DNA of 64,000 bases from Octopus vulgaris (Eukaryota): positions 85,312,001-85,376,000 of the forward strand of contig OX597820.1 in the NCBI GenBank assembly GCA_951406725.2. Reading direction: 5' to 3'. The notes beneath the pieces were generated by a model that worked only from the letters and a program-made list of their open reading frames with translations, was not told the DNA's origin and did not search any database. Both the position numbers and the translations under genes were made by a program. Positions 27,617-41,941 of the stretch are shown one piece after another (within the stretch, counting starts at the first letter, position 1; each line of letters begins with the position of its first letter).

Positions 27617-27860
27617 GCATATGGCGTAGTAGTTAAGAGCGCGGGCTACTAACTCCAGGATTCCGAGTTCGAATCCAGGCAGTGACCTGAATAATAATAA
27701 TAATAATAATTATATTAAAGGAACAACATCGAAAACTGAGAACCCAGGTTCGAAATTTTCCCAAGTCACCTGATGAAGGCTGGCGGGTATATCAGCAGAA
27801 ACGTTGGGTTAACAACAAATAAAATGAGGATAAGTATCCGTCAAATGTAAATATAAATAA
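27617..27860 (+). mobile_element. tRNA-derived SINE (family C) with a 3' hammerhead-like motif
   Basis: A-box TGGCGTAGTAG, anticodon-like loop ct-ACT-aa, B-box GAGTTCGAATCC (27665-27676), short (TAA)n, then CTGATGA-A-GGCTG gcgggtatat CAGCA-GAAA-cg-TT at 27770-27805. Confidence 0.72.
27765..27810 (+). ncRNA. Minimal type I hammerhead ribozyme motif
   Basis: Intact core CUGAUGA (+ extra A), stem II GCTG/CAGC, GAAA, palindromic AACGTT stem III, UH=UU. Stem I is imperfect (cac/ggg). Confidence 0.6.
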
Positions 27861-28154
27861 ATATTATCTTGTTTTTCGCATTGTGTTCTGTTTTCGGTAT
27901 TAATCTAAATCGTCTTTGGTATTCCTTTTTTATCTTCCCTTTCATTTGTGCGTGCTGTATCGTATCTAGTTCATTAATTCGTAAGTATTTGCATGTCTGG
28001 CTTTGGTCTAATTATTTTATTTCATTTGCTTTATCTAGTCTGATGTTGTTACTCTTAACTAGTTTTCCTCTTTTCAAGGTTGCTTGGCACATTTTTCTAA
28101 GCCAAATTGCTTGTCTAATGATTAATTAAACTTAATTATAATTATTAATATTGA

Positions 28155-28365
28155 GATGGTCAGCTGGCAGGATCGCAGCAACGCTGAGCAAAGTATTAAG
28201 ATGCATTTCCTATCAGCCTCTCTCATTCTGTGTTTATATGCAACCACGGATGACTCTGCCTTTTCTTTTATTTTAGTCGATAAAATAAAGGACAATTTGT
28301 GCACTGAGGTCAGTAGAATCGATCTCACTTCAAAACTGCAGGCGTTGGGCTAAATTTAGAGTAGT
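28155..28365 (+). mobile_element. Degenerate SINE family A copy
   Basis: agctggcaggatcgcagcaacgctgagcaaa..gactctgccttttct..gtcgataaaataaag..gcactgaggtc. Confidence 0.55.
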
Positions 28366-28393
28366 TATGATTGTTATTATTCTTCGTTGTGCT

Positions 28394-28431
<38 letters not shown>

Positions 28432-31400
28432 TTTACGTGCGTTTCTTATTTATTTGTATAATGTGTATAACTGCAAACCTTTTTATCGTAATTGTATGCT
28501 ATTAAATTCAATGGCTTGGTTTTTTCTCTCTTTCGGGCGAAAAATTTGCAGAAATTCTGAGTTTTGTTTTGAAAAAATAAAATAAAAATATAAAATCATG
28601 GCAGCGATTGCCACGCCGCCACTGCCATGCAAGGCAGTAGCTTCAACATTTACAGCAACTACATCAACAACAATGAGAATAGTAATATCAAATCAGTTAA
28701 TGCAGTGCACGACGAAGAAGTCTCTACATGAGCACCAACATCCCTTAAATGGTCAACATTAAAAATTACATTATTACGACTACTTACAACCCCACCGCTA
28801 CCACTACCCTACAAGTAGCAGCACTTGAAACACAAACGCCAAATACTTCGCAGGAAGAGTTACAGAAGTTATCTGGTTTTATACGTAGAAAATAAATCAT
28901 ATTTTATAATATATGAATGAGGAACTCCCATAGAAATGTCCCTAGAATTATGTAAATGCTGCCAGACAAAAACAATCCATGGTTATGATTTGGTGAAAGA
29001 CTGATGTTGGGATTAGCTGCATGCTCTGGTGTACAAAGATATTTGAATAAAATATGGCTTGATATAGACTGTATCACTATGAACTGGCAATTCAGTGTCA
29101 ACGATGTTCAAACCTTGAATGTGACCCACGCAGGTAAAGATACATCTGTCTTCTGTTAAAGAGAGGTATAGATACTCATTACGATATATCTTAGAAGACG
29201 GTTTTTGAAAATGAAGGTATCTGGTGGGGCGTCGTCTTTGAATAAGTGGCATGCTAGAGGTGATAATAACACACCTGTATTACATTAACACGGTAGACGA
29301 AAGCTTCGTTAGTAGAGCGAAAGCACATAGTCTGTGAAAAAAGTAAATGAAAGTTGTTTGATGGGCGCTTGAGAGAGGGGTAACAGGGCCTTAATGCTGT
29401 AGTTCATTATTTCACGGGCCGGGATGGATTCATGCCACGTAATTCTCAGATATTTTGTGGTTTTTCAGCAGCAAAATGTTCAACACTTACACCAGTTATC
29501 TCGTCTCATGGTGGAAGATGCCGAGCGCTACGAAAACCCAACAATAGCTGAGTTACAGATTTTCGTGTTGGATTTTACAAAGCACAGATCACATAACCTG
29601 CATCGTCTACTCTAATATCTTTGCATGTATTTCGAATCTCGTTCGCCGACGTCTAGGCAAACATCTATTGCAACTAACATCAGAAGTATTTCACCAATCT
29701 TGTAAGACAGGGAGCAGTGACACAGTTGAGCAAAATATTACAAACGACAAGCAATTCATGATGGCCGGCCCATAATTCTACTACATGCAGTTTTTAGATT
29801 TCGGCCGAGACGATGGTAAAATCTATGGCCATGGTGTTGATAAAAAGCTTCGGCCAAACTTGTCGTGAGCGTTCTCTCGAAAGGAGAAATGTAGGCAATC
29901 GCAAACCAAATTTAACCAAAACAACCTGCACCTCATGCAATATATCGCACTTAGGTCAGATCTCAAACCTGGTTTTGGTTGGACTCTAATCAGATTACGT
30001 GAATCGAAGCTTTTGCTTGGATCGATCTTCGCTAGCAGGTGTCTTTTTCTTATAGCAGCCCGATTTAGCGCTCGTCTTCAGTGTCTTCATTTACTTAATG
30101 TATTGCGGATTCTGGCTGGTGATCAGACTAAATAGCCACATATCAAAAAGCTTCAGATCACACGCTTAATCTCCTAATTATATCTTCGAGCGTCTCTTCC
30201 GTTCACAATTAATCTCGCGGAATTGTTGATGAAATTGTAGTTTCTAGGGACATCCCCTTCGAAATAATACTAACAAGAGCTGTGCCGGTATATAAAAATA
30301 ATTATTGTATCATATTATCGGACAGCACAAAAATCAAGGAGACCCGTTCCTTTGTAAATGTATACTATAAACCCTCTCTTTGAGTCTTCCTAATTTTCTG
30401 AATTATCTCGGCTTTCTTCGTATCCACACGACTATCTTATGTTTTTACTATGCGCCTTTTTCATGCTTTTCATGCCTTTATGGAGAAGTCCCGTTAGAAT
30501 ATGTGTGTAATTAGAATTCAGTATGGTACCGTTATATTTATGTGCAAACGACTTTACATTTACTACTATCATCGAACGTGCAGCCATCTAATTGCACAAT
30601 TCGCTCAGCATAAACTTGCCTGCATTTGAACTCTTTTAGTGCTAGCTCACTGCACTTTCTTAGCAGGAAACTGAATACCATCGTCTTTTTCTACACGTTG
30701 CGCTCTTCCTGCTCGCCAGAGTTTTCTCAATTTATTCATTTTGCTTGTTTCTGATGAACTATTATTTTGTTGCTGTTTTTGGCTTTCTTGTTGTCGTCAT
30801 CGTTATTGTTCTCATTGCTACTGCTACTGTTATTGCTGTTGCTGTTGCTGATGATGATGATGAGCAGCTGCTGATGATGATAATAATGATGATATAGATA
30901 TTACTGTTGTTCGTTTGTACTTTTCAGAATATTTTTTTCACAGTTTTCCCCAGAAATTGAAATGTATTTGATTTACAATGTATGTCTCCGATATAGAAGA
31001 AAAACCTGCTTCTGTTGGTGAGATTTTCGTTTTGCTTTTCCATCATGATGGGTGGTATGTAGTTGTTTTGTTTAAATTTTATTTTACATAATTGTATGTT
31101 TTATTTCCAAAATAACGTGTGTACTTTTGATACAATTGTATTCATCACTCAAGTATGTAATGCACAGGAAGTGACAGAAGGTTTCAATGGGAAATGGAGG
31201 GAGGGTGGAGGAGCGATGAATATGTCAGGAAAGCCTCTTACTAGTAACACTACTGTGTACTCATAACAACACCAGACTTTGTCAGAGCGAAAATAAAAAA
31301 ACGTGTCAGCTTCTGATTTTGAAGGTAAAATCAAAACAGCAGACAAAAACATCAATAACAAATGATAAAAAAAATAACAATATCAACTACGAGATCAGAA

Positions 31401-33710
31401 CGAAGATTTTGTTTATTGTCATAGGCAGCGGTGAGTGGATTATGTAGTCACCAGATCGGAAAGAAAAATGTATTTAAAAATATAAACGCGATATTACGAG
31501 CTCGATATTCATGAAACTTCCAATAGAAGAGATGAAGAAAACCCAAAACGAAAAGTGTGATATTGTTTATAAATGCATTTACAAAAACAAAAGAATAATG
31601 TTATTCCAGTCCGGCACATGTAGAAAAATACCTACATGAATTTCTTTTTTTCCATGGTAGTGTGTACAGCATGAGGTAAACATCACGAGAGAGGCGTTGG
31701 TGTTTGTAACACCGATGTTGGAACAAGATGTGGCATCCAACACTTGCGTATCTCAATAATTTATTGCTTTCTTTATAGCTGGTAACAGAGGTGACACAAA
31801 TACAAGCCTCTGAAACACATTCCACCGAAACCAGAAAACAGTAATGGTTGGAGGCACTGTTGAAGAATTAATTGGTATGTCTCATGATTTTCTAATGATC
31901 TTGGAAGTTAAGATTTAACTGATATCCTGGACCAATTACAGTTCGAAGAGCGAGAGAAAACTGCCTGTTACTTTTATAGCAGAACGAGCCAACTTCAGGT
32001 TTTCTTTCCGATGCAAATGCAAAGAAATATAACGTCACAGACCATCACTACAACGAATTCTAAAAGAATCTGCAACCGAACTAATAGCAGAAAAGATACA
32101 AAATTTCTGCCTCTACTTATATAAAAAGGGGCTCATGAGCAAATCTGCACACTGCCACCACCATCAACAACATCAATAAAGGAAATAATGAGATGCAGTA
32201 CAAGAACAGTATTAATACTATCAACAAACAAAAACTACTGAAGAAAGAATCGCAAAACTCTATCTAGGCTTGACAAGCACTGAGATTTAGAGGAGGGAAA
32301 TAGCACGCATTTGTCAGACTGGTATATTTTACGAACTCCGTCAAACTGTAAGAAATATCGGACAAACGAAATCTGTTGGTTTGAAAATCTAAACAAAAAA
32401 ATTAGCAAAACAATCTTCTTCCAAAATATATGTGGCAAAAAATGGAAAGCCACAACTAGAGAAACGACAACGAACACAGCAGGAATAGTAACCACATCGA
32501 CAGCAATTCTACACAAGCATTCTCAGAATAAATACAGTACAGCAAGCACAGTAGTAATAAGAAACAAAGCAACAACCTGCAACATCTAGAACAGGAACAA
32601 CGTTATCAAAACCAAGAATAAGATCAACAAGATCCAACAAAGTAATAGTAAAAGACAACACCGGATAAATGAACAAAATCAAAAACAACAGGAATTACAA
32701 AGCTGACAAAATCAACAGACACAACAAGTTACTGGTAAGCGTTTCCGTTAGATACTACTCCGATTAGAGACGAAGAGTTGGTGTGGTGGAGCGCGTTCAC
32801 TCCAGTAAACACAAAATATTTAATTGCTACGAGGTCTTCGATGATTTAACGTTATCATGTACCCCACAAAGGCGATCTCTAGTGTGAAGCATGTTTCCAT
32901 ATTAAGTGAGAAAATTTGAAAACATATTAGGGAAAAGGATTGTAGAGGGCATACACAGAGATCTGAAATGCAAATGTATAGTAACTGACCTGCCTCTCTC
33001 CTTAAACGAGAAATTTTCTTTTCTTACTTAAATGGTTTTAGTAAATGTAGAAAGTATAAATTTGCAAGTACTGGGGTCAACATGAAAGCAAGGGGTCTAC
33101 GATCTGAGGGAGTTTCTTATATGATGTAGCCTTTAGTGAAACCATATTGAAAAGACTAACAGATACCGGTGCAGCAAACTAGTTAAACGAAAGTTGGTTG
33201 GCACCAATATCAAGGGAAAATTCTTTCTAGTAAAGAGAAATGAATAGAATAGTACCGTTTCGATTTAGTCGTGAGTTAGGTGCAGCGAATAGTAAAATTT
33301 AGGTGGAATTAATTGGCAAATAGCCTAGTAGTAAATAACCTGCTAGCAATGAGAATAGCTCTCGATTATTTCTTCGATGAGAAATGCGAACCATATATTA
33401 TCAAATTTTGGGGACGTGCGCTGAAGCATGAGGATATGAAAGCAGTTGGGTGAATTTAGATGGTTGAAGTGCAGTGCAATCACTACGCTGGGATGCAATG
33501 TATCACGAACTGCGACTGTACCGACACTATGGTTGTACACAATTAAATGCGGTTTTCTAACAGAATTTACGAATGCTGTTCTTCCGAGAATGCCGGCCTA
33601 CTGACGGTAACATTGATACCTATACCGTGTATTTGGAAAGCAGATTTCAGCAGACGAAGTAGCCACTGGGCAGATGCACGACACTATGGTTGGGAATCAA
33701 ACTTTGAATA

Positions 33711-33721
33711 AATTATTATTG

Positions 33722-33808
<87 letters not shown>

Positions 33809-33816
33809 CTATTACT

Positions 33817-33870
<54 letters not shown>

Positions 33871-33889
33871 GTTGTTGTTGTTGTTGTTG

Positions 33890-33954
<65 letters not shown>
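33711..33954. repeat. (TAA)n/(CAA)n microsatellite
   Basis: Long (tta)n with an internal (ttg)n block. Confidence 0.95.
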
Positions 33955-34503
33955 GAGTGAGAGCAGTGAATGCCATCAAAGTGACACTGGGGTAAAATAT
34001 ACGAAGCCCAGTATACCAATCAAGACCACCCGTCTGATAAAGGTACAAAAGGCACATGCATCACAACCATATGTGCGCGACATAGTTATCAATTATCAAG
34101 ATTGACAGCGCATGAAGCTTCAGGTGGTGCCCAGCCAGAAATTTCTTCAGGTCGAGTAGCCCATCTCACTCAAAAAGTCCCTGAATAAGGGTTGTTTAGA
34201 ATGATTAACAAAACACCCATGTTTCCAGAGGTGAATTATTCAAACCTCAGAGAATTCCTCTCAATACATGGCTAAGATGCTCCCCCAACACTTCTGCTCG
34301 TGATCAGAGATGCACATATCGTCATCCACAAAGGACATGCTCAACTGCTTAAGGTCAAACCACTGACTAGTAAATCTGTAGTATTGAACTGTATTTGCTG
34401 AAGCGCATCTTTTATACCAAGACAAAACAATGTACATGATAACACTTCCAATCAGTTAAGATCAGACGCTATGATAGCCACTACCTGGTATTGCATCAAG
34501 GTA
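33955..34503 (-). mobile_element. ~550-bp non-coding insertion bounded by (TAA)n tracts
   Basis: Complex-sequence block with sharp junctions to (tta)n on both sides and no ORF; the minus strand ends in ..ctctcactc(aat)n. Confidence 0.5.
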
Positions 34504-34631
34504 TTTATTATTATTATTATTGTTGTTTTAGTTGTTGTTGTTGTTAAGTATCCGTTAAACACTGATATCGATGTTAACCTCCGCACCTGCTCCAAATTTG
34601 CTGGTCTTGTGCCCAAATTTTAAACTGCTAT

Positions 34632-34833
<202 letters not shown>

Positions 34834-34839
34834 TACTTC

Positions 34840-36750
34840 CCAGTCGCTACCTACCGAAACAAATTTCACAATTCTTCTCTGTCTTGCAATTTCATCGATC
34901 TTCCCCAGTTTCCCACCATTGTTCCGAAATTAGTCTTCACTGATAAGTATTCTTCTAATATTTGAATACTTTCAAAAAACGCTACGATTAACTTTTGTAT
35001 GTGTTGTATTGCTTGTTTTGCATCTTTGTGTATCTTAGTTATTAAATGCATTATATGCATTAATTGTGCAGTGTCAAATATAGCATTTTTCTTTTTTTTG
35101 AAAGCTGTTTTTAACATGTATCCTCAGTGGATGCATACATTTGGTTGCTTGTGTTTTGATGATACACAAGATACTTATTTTTTAGGGTGGATTTTGATTC
35201 TAATCATTATTTTCTAGTTATCCCCCTTTTCTAAATGTTTAGATATCGACAAATTCTCCATTTCTTTTTGGGATATGTATGCATTTGTTCGAATTGATCA
35301 AATTGAATATTTACAATATTATCGAGTCGACTTTCCTTCATCCGAATATTTGTAGGAAATTCAATATCCCAAAATGTGGCTACACAGATATTGTTACAGG
35401 ATTTATTGTAAATATTCATACACTGATTCTTCCATGGATATTTCATACTTCAGCTATAATTTCCTATATAATGAAAGCTACTACAGTTCTATCATGCATA
35501 TAAAAATTATTTCTTTTTGTCTCAGAATAGGCATCGCTGAAAATACTGGTGAATTTTTATTCAAAATTTTCTCATAGACTTCCTCTAACCTTTGTATTCA
35601 GATTCTGTATATGTCTCTGGCATTTTATATCTCCGACTTAAGCACCGTCTATCATATATCCATTTTTGTTTTGTACAATATTTCCATGCCTTTCTTCATG
35701 TAGCATCTTTATTTGCTATCTTTAATATGACCATTTTTGGTTCTTCCTTTTACTCAGCTATCGATGTCATTTGGGTTTTTCTTTTTTGGTTGTTTTAGTG
35801 ATTTCAGTTATCTTCCCCTTCTTTTTACATATATTCATATCCACAGCTAGTTTTATTTTATGTTTGACTTCCTTTAAGACAAAACTTATTGATTATGGTT
35901 TGGCTTATATCTTGTAGCTATTTGTATTAACTTCGTATTGTTCTTCCCTTTATATTTGTATAGTCGAACAGTACACGTTATATAATAATCTTCTTGTTTC
36001 AAAACGCTCCCGCCCACCATTACTCGTGGTAAATATCTCCAGTCGTTATCGGATTTTGTATGTTGCATCCGGAATGTAGTCATTACTACACTTGTTTTCC
36101 TGTCTGGATAATTCAATTGGCTTCCATTTCATATGTACAACAATAACTGATCACAGTCTTTCCACAACATCTTTTGTTGAAAGAATCGTTTTTGATATCC
36201 ATAATGACATATTGTTTACAACTGAGCAACGATATTGTGGCTTAGGTTTTTTTAGTTCCAGCTAGTTCATTTGTTTCTTAACTATTGTTTTTATGCGTTT
36301 GTCTATATCTTTCTTTTCCCGCTTGCTTCTCGAATGATGTTGTTTATTATGTGTTGAAACATTCATATTTATTTTCCCAATTTCTCTGCATGCTTTTTTC
36401 CCCCTAATGTTTGAGCAAGTTTAGATCTTCTTATGTAATTAATGCTGGGATATTTCTGTTTATTGCTCCATGCTACTTGTGTTTGATCCATAAATTATTT
36501 CGTTTATCTATATGTTATAGATATTCATATCTGTTTTCATTCATTAAGGTTTATTTATTTAATTTTGTTGTCTTTAAGCATTAACAGTGAATGTTTTTTT
36601 TATTAATTACTTGATTAGTTCTATCCTTAAATTACTACTATATTAATGGATTATATCTTTAAATTATTCTTTCAATCCTTCCTTTACTATATATCCTTTG
36701 TGTTAATATTTTCATTTGTCTAGCCGTGCTGCAGCATTTATTGAACAGCT
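34840..36750 (-). pseudogene. Highly degenerate R4/Dong-like retroelement
   Basis: Minus-strand VATFWDIEFPTNIRMKESRLDNIV (ORF 35231-35446) resembles the RLE TxLWDxxxxTxxxxxxxRPDIV motif; YEYL and KC remnants of the RT lie near 36500-36740; oriented toward the (TAA)n tract. Boundaries approximate. Confidence 0.4.
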
Positions 36751-37407
36751 TTCTAAGACTGGTACGTATTGTGTTTTGTTATATATCTTGATTGTTTAGC
36801 AAATGACAGTTGAGTCTTCGGTATTTAGATTCTCAATGCCTGTAACTAGAGACGTGTAATGTCATTGTTTACATTTGTCATGCGTCCGTAATATGATATA
36901 GAAAGCATAATCCTTCATGAAGACTAACATGAGAAATACGTTACTTATATTATGCAAGAAGCCTATCCATTCCTTCATATTGTGTTATTTCGTTTTGAGA
37001 TATATTGTAATATAAATAATGACTATAGAAGAGATGAAGAAGGTAAAACATATTAGTATTATTGACATAATTAATAGAAGCATTGGTAATTAGTCAAGCA
37101 GCATTACGTTCTGGTTTCAAATCTGACCGAGATGAACTTTGTTTTGGCTATATGGGTATGATATTTTATGTATTACAATACATCCGTATTGATATGTGAC
37201 CGGGAAAAAGATAATTTTAATGAAATATGAAATACATTTTGTTTTAAATGGTTATTCTTGTGCTTAAGTTATCAGTTAACATTACAACTTGCTCAGATGA
37301 AATAATTACCTATGGCTACCGGTGTATAAGAATCTTGGTAGCAGTTACTTTATAAAACATTGGGCTTGAATTAGTTTCCGTTCTTCCTATTATGCATATG
37401 TGTGAAG

Positions 37408-37560
37408 ACGGTTAGCTGGTAGAAACGTAAGCACACCCGGTAAAAAGTGGCATTTCGTCCAATTTACTTTCTGAGTTCAAATTTTGCCGAGTCAGTTTTG
37501 CCTTTCATCCCTTTCGGGGTCGATATAATAAGTAGCAGTTGAACACTGATGTCCATGATA
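37408..37560 (+). mobile_element. SINE family A copy
   Basis: agctggtagaaacgtaagcac..ttctgagttcaaattttgccgag..gcctttcatccctttcggggtcgatataataagtagcagttg. Confidence 0.75.
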
Positions 37561-38149
37561 TTCTGTCGCCTAAGGATGATGATTTTCCTCCACTTTCTTC
37601 TTTTTCTTCTTTGTAAGGTGTGTGTAAGACGAACAGCGACAATGGCATCAGGGGCAAGGGTAATAATACCATTTTCGAAAGTAATAGTTTTGATAGGGAG
37701 GAAATGACAATGATGATTACCTTTCAAGGTTCAACTCCCGTACCGGCGGGCGAGAGTGACGGTAGGAGCGGCAACAAGAGTAACAACAATGTTCGCAATG
37801 AAGGACACAAGAGTAGCCGTTGTAGCAGCAGCAGTATTTGCGGTAGCAGCAGCATTGACAGCAGCATGGGATGCAGCAGCAGCAGTACAGACTTTAATAG
37901 TAATAGTAAAGTGGAAGAAGATTGAAATGGTAACAATTGTAGCATAGTGGTAGCAATAATAGCAGCAGTGGAAGCAGTTACAATCCCATCGACTGCAACA
38001 TTAGTAAGGCCTCTTCACAAGGTGTTGTTGCCTCAAAAGAGCTTTTTATTATCTCTCTAGAGGATAAAAATTCTAAATAGCCGAAGGCGGTTAGATTTAT
38101 TTCGAAAAATTGAGGAGAGTGAGCCAACTTGCCTGAGAGGTTGGCTGTT

Positions 38150-38720
38150 ACTGCCAGAATAGTAGTGACAGGTAGATGCTTCAGCTTCAAATCTAATTGT
38201 CTGGAAACGGCCAAGAACGCCCAACTTGAATGTTCCCTACACGATATATTGCAGGGTATAGGCCATATAACGAGGGAAAGGCTGAATCAGCGGGGACGAA
38301 GTCTAGTTTAATACTGAAGCCCTGGAAATCCAACAATCGGTGGCTGCCTGCAGTGTAAAACTTTGTCTTTTTCCCTACGTATTTAGGAAGAAGGGCTGAA
38401 GGTATGTGAAAGTTACAATACATAGGTTGCCAACGGAACTAGATTTGGGTGAATTTTGGATTGCTTAATATAGCAGGAAAGTGAAACTTCCTGGAGCAAA
38501 GGTAAGAAGGAAAAACTGGATCACACTGGAGGTACTTTTCTACCAGAAGCCGACCATCTAGAGAGAATCCTGGACCTGATCTTCCAACTGAATGCAGGAG
38601 GGTTATTAGTCACTGTGGAGGATATACGTCTGAGATGCCACGTCAGTGGAATGACAGATAATCTATGGGTGTTTTGCCTACGCAGCAAAAGCAAATACGG
38701 ACGATGGAGGGTCCTGTTTC
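38150..38720 (+). pseudogene. Possible degenerate L1/Tx1-like ORF1 (gag-like) remnant
   Basis: FFPTYLGRRA..ERILDLI..GGLLVTVEDIRLRCHVSGMTDNLWVFC resembles VxVEGxxxxCxxCGxxGHxxxxC, a decayed zinc knuckle. Confidence 0.35.
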
Positions 38721-39340
38721 TACCATCACAGCTGCTGCTACAACAACAGCGATATCTACAACAAAGGAAGAAAAACAAAGCAACAACAGCAACATTGGTT
38801 TGTGCGTCACATGAGAAAGTATTGAAATACCTATAAATACATACATAATACATACATACATAAACATACACACATAAACATACATACATACATACATACA
38901 TATATACATGCAGATTGGGCCAGGAAATCGGATATAGATTGAGCAAAGTTTCTGTTTCATTGGCAGGCTGCAGGAGAGGCTGTGAAAAATAGGCAAAAAT
39001 AGGAAAAAAGTGAAAAATAGGCAAAAATAGGAAAAAAGTCAAATGCACGGCACGTGCATCCTTCGCTGCACAGTCTATGAACCTGCCCGTCTGATGTGAA
39101 TATCACTTTGAAAATCAACTACAAAGAGGGCAACTATAGTCAACTGTATCCAGCTTCTGTATCTGGATTAAATATCTACTTTCCAAATATGGAGTTTGGC
39201 TCTTTATACATATATGCATACAAACATAATACATACATACATACGTACGTACATAATACATACATATATACGTACGTACATAATACAGACATACATACAT
39301 ACATACATACATACATACATACATACATACATACATACAT

Positions 39341-40275
39341 AGAAGTCGCATGAATCTAACGCAACGTATTATCAGCTGCAAGGATGAGTGTATATTAGCA
39401 GAAGACCATGAATGGATATGTTAGTAGAAAGCTCAGAAATAATAGTAACATGGATCATTAAAGCAGTATATTATGGATCAACAACCGGATTACTAACTCC
39501 CAATTTGAAGGGTATGTGTTTGCAATCCAGGAACAGGAAATATCAATCAAATACCTGATGCACAAGAGGGACAGAGATGCAGGAAAACAGTTAAATATGA
39601 TAACCGATAAAGACTTTGTGGAGATAACGCCAAAGATATTACCCACAATCATAAGCATTTGTCCGAAAGTATCATCAGGGTATTATCAACCGATGAGACA
39701 TGATGTTGTAGCTAGGGCACTGTATAACGAGATCCGTCAAATGCATAACCACGAGAGCAAAGAAATAATAACCTGCAGTATGTTGAAGCCATAGCTACTC
39801 ATAATATAAAGGAGTACTTGTGGAATGTCCCGGTGAATACTTCAATAAAATGTTGACAGAATTGACCTAACATAATGATTTGGTACAGCGAAGAAAATGT
39901 CTGTACAGTTGTGGAAACCAGCTGCTCAGCAGACGTTAGAAAACTGCTGAAGGCGAGGGAAAAGAGAACACCTACGCTGGACTATAGAGAAATCTGCAGT
40001 TATTCTATCCAGATTACAAGTCCAGATTTATACCTGTATTTAGTGAAGCACTGATATATGTAACACACTGCTTAAATATCAAACGTGAGAAATTAGGCTT
40101 CCCAAAACCAGAAAGGAGAAAGTTAATTCCAAGACTACAGAACTAATCTATCACTGGATCTGTAAACATCTGTAAAACTTTCCAGAAGTTGATAATTTAA
40201 ATATATATGAGCATGTGTAGATATGCAAGTATATACATGAGACGACATAAATAAAACTGAATAACTACACACATA
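39341..40275 (+). mobile_element. 5'-truncated R4-clade-like non-LTR retrotransposon (CCHC + restriction-like endonuclease region) between (CATA)n tracts
   Basis: KTMNGY..SQFEGYVFAIQEQEISIKYL..IISICPKVSSGYYQPMRHDVVARALY..CTVVETSC..KENTYAGL..NLQLFYPDYK..FIPV..SVNICKTFQK, with stops and frameshifts. Confidence 0.78.
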
Positions 40276-40373
40276 GGTACATACATACGTACGTACGTAC
40301 ATACATACATACATACATACATACATACATGCATACATGCATACATACATACATACATACATACATACATACA

Positions 40374-40408
<35 letters not shown>

Positions 40409-40881
40409 TTGGGTATGGAAATATTTTACTTGTATAATTTATGTATCATCCTGTATGGATGTAGAAGTGTGTGCAATATGGAAAGAAATATATATATATA
40501 TATATAGGAATGTATATGAGGTGAGAAATAACGAGAGCAGAAAAAATCTTTCAATTTATGACGAACAGAAAATTTCAAACAGAAAACACGACTGTTATTT
40601 AAGAAAAGATTTTAGTTCCAATAAAAATGTGTACGTGGAAAAGTGATTATATATTTAAGTATATATATATATATATGTTCGTATGTGTGACATATACAAA
40701 TACATGTATACACATACGTAACCAAACATATGCCCATACATATAAATAAATAAATTCATATGTGTGTGTGTGTGTGTATGATAAATGGATATGGATATGG
40801 ATACATAGATAGATATACGTGTGTATATAGATGTATATGTGTGTATATATATATATATAGATGTGTATGTGTATATATCTA

Positions 40882-41941
<1,060 letters not shown>

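Noticed and set aside
27617-27688. Functional tRNA gene
   Set aside because: A/B boxes are present, but the acceptor and anticodon stems do not pair properly and it runs into a repeat body; it is a SINE head.
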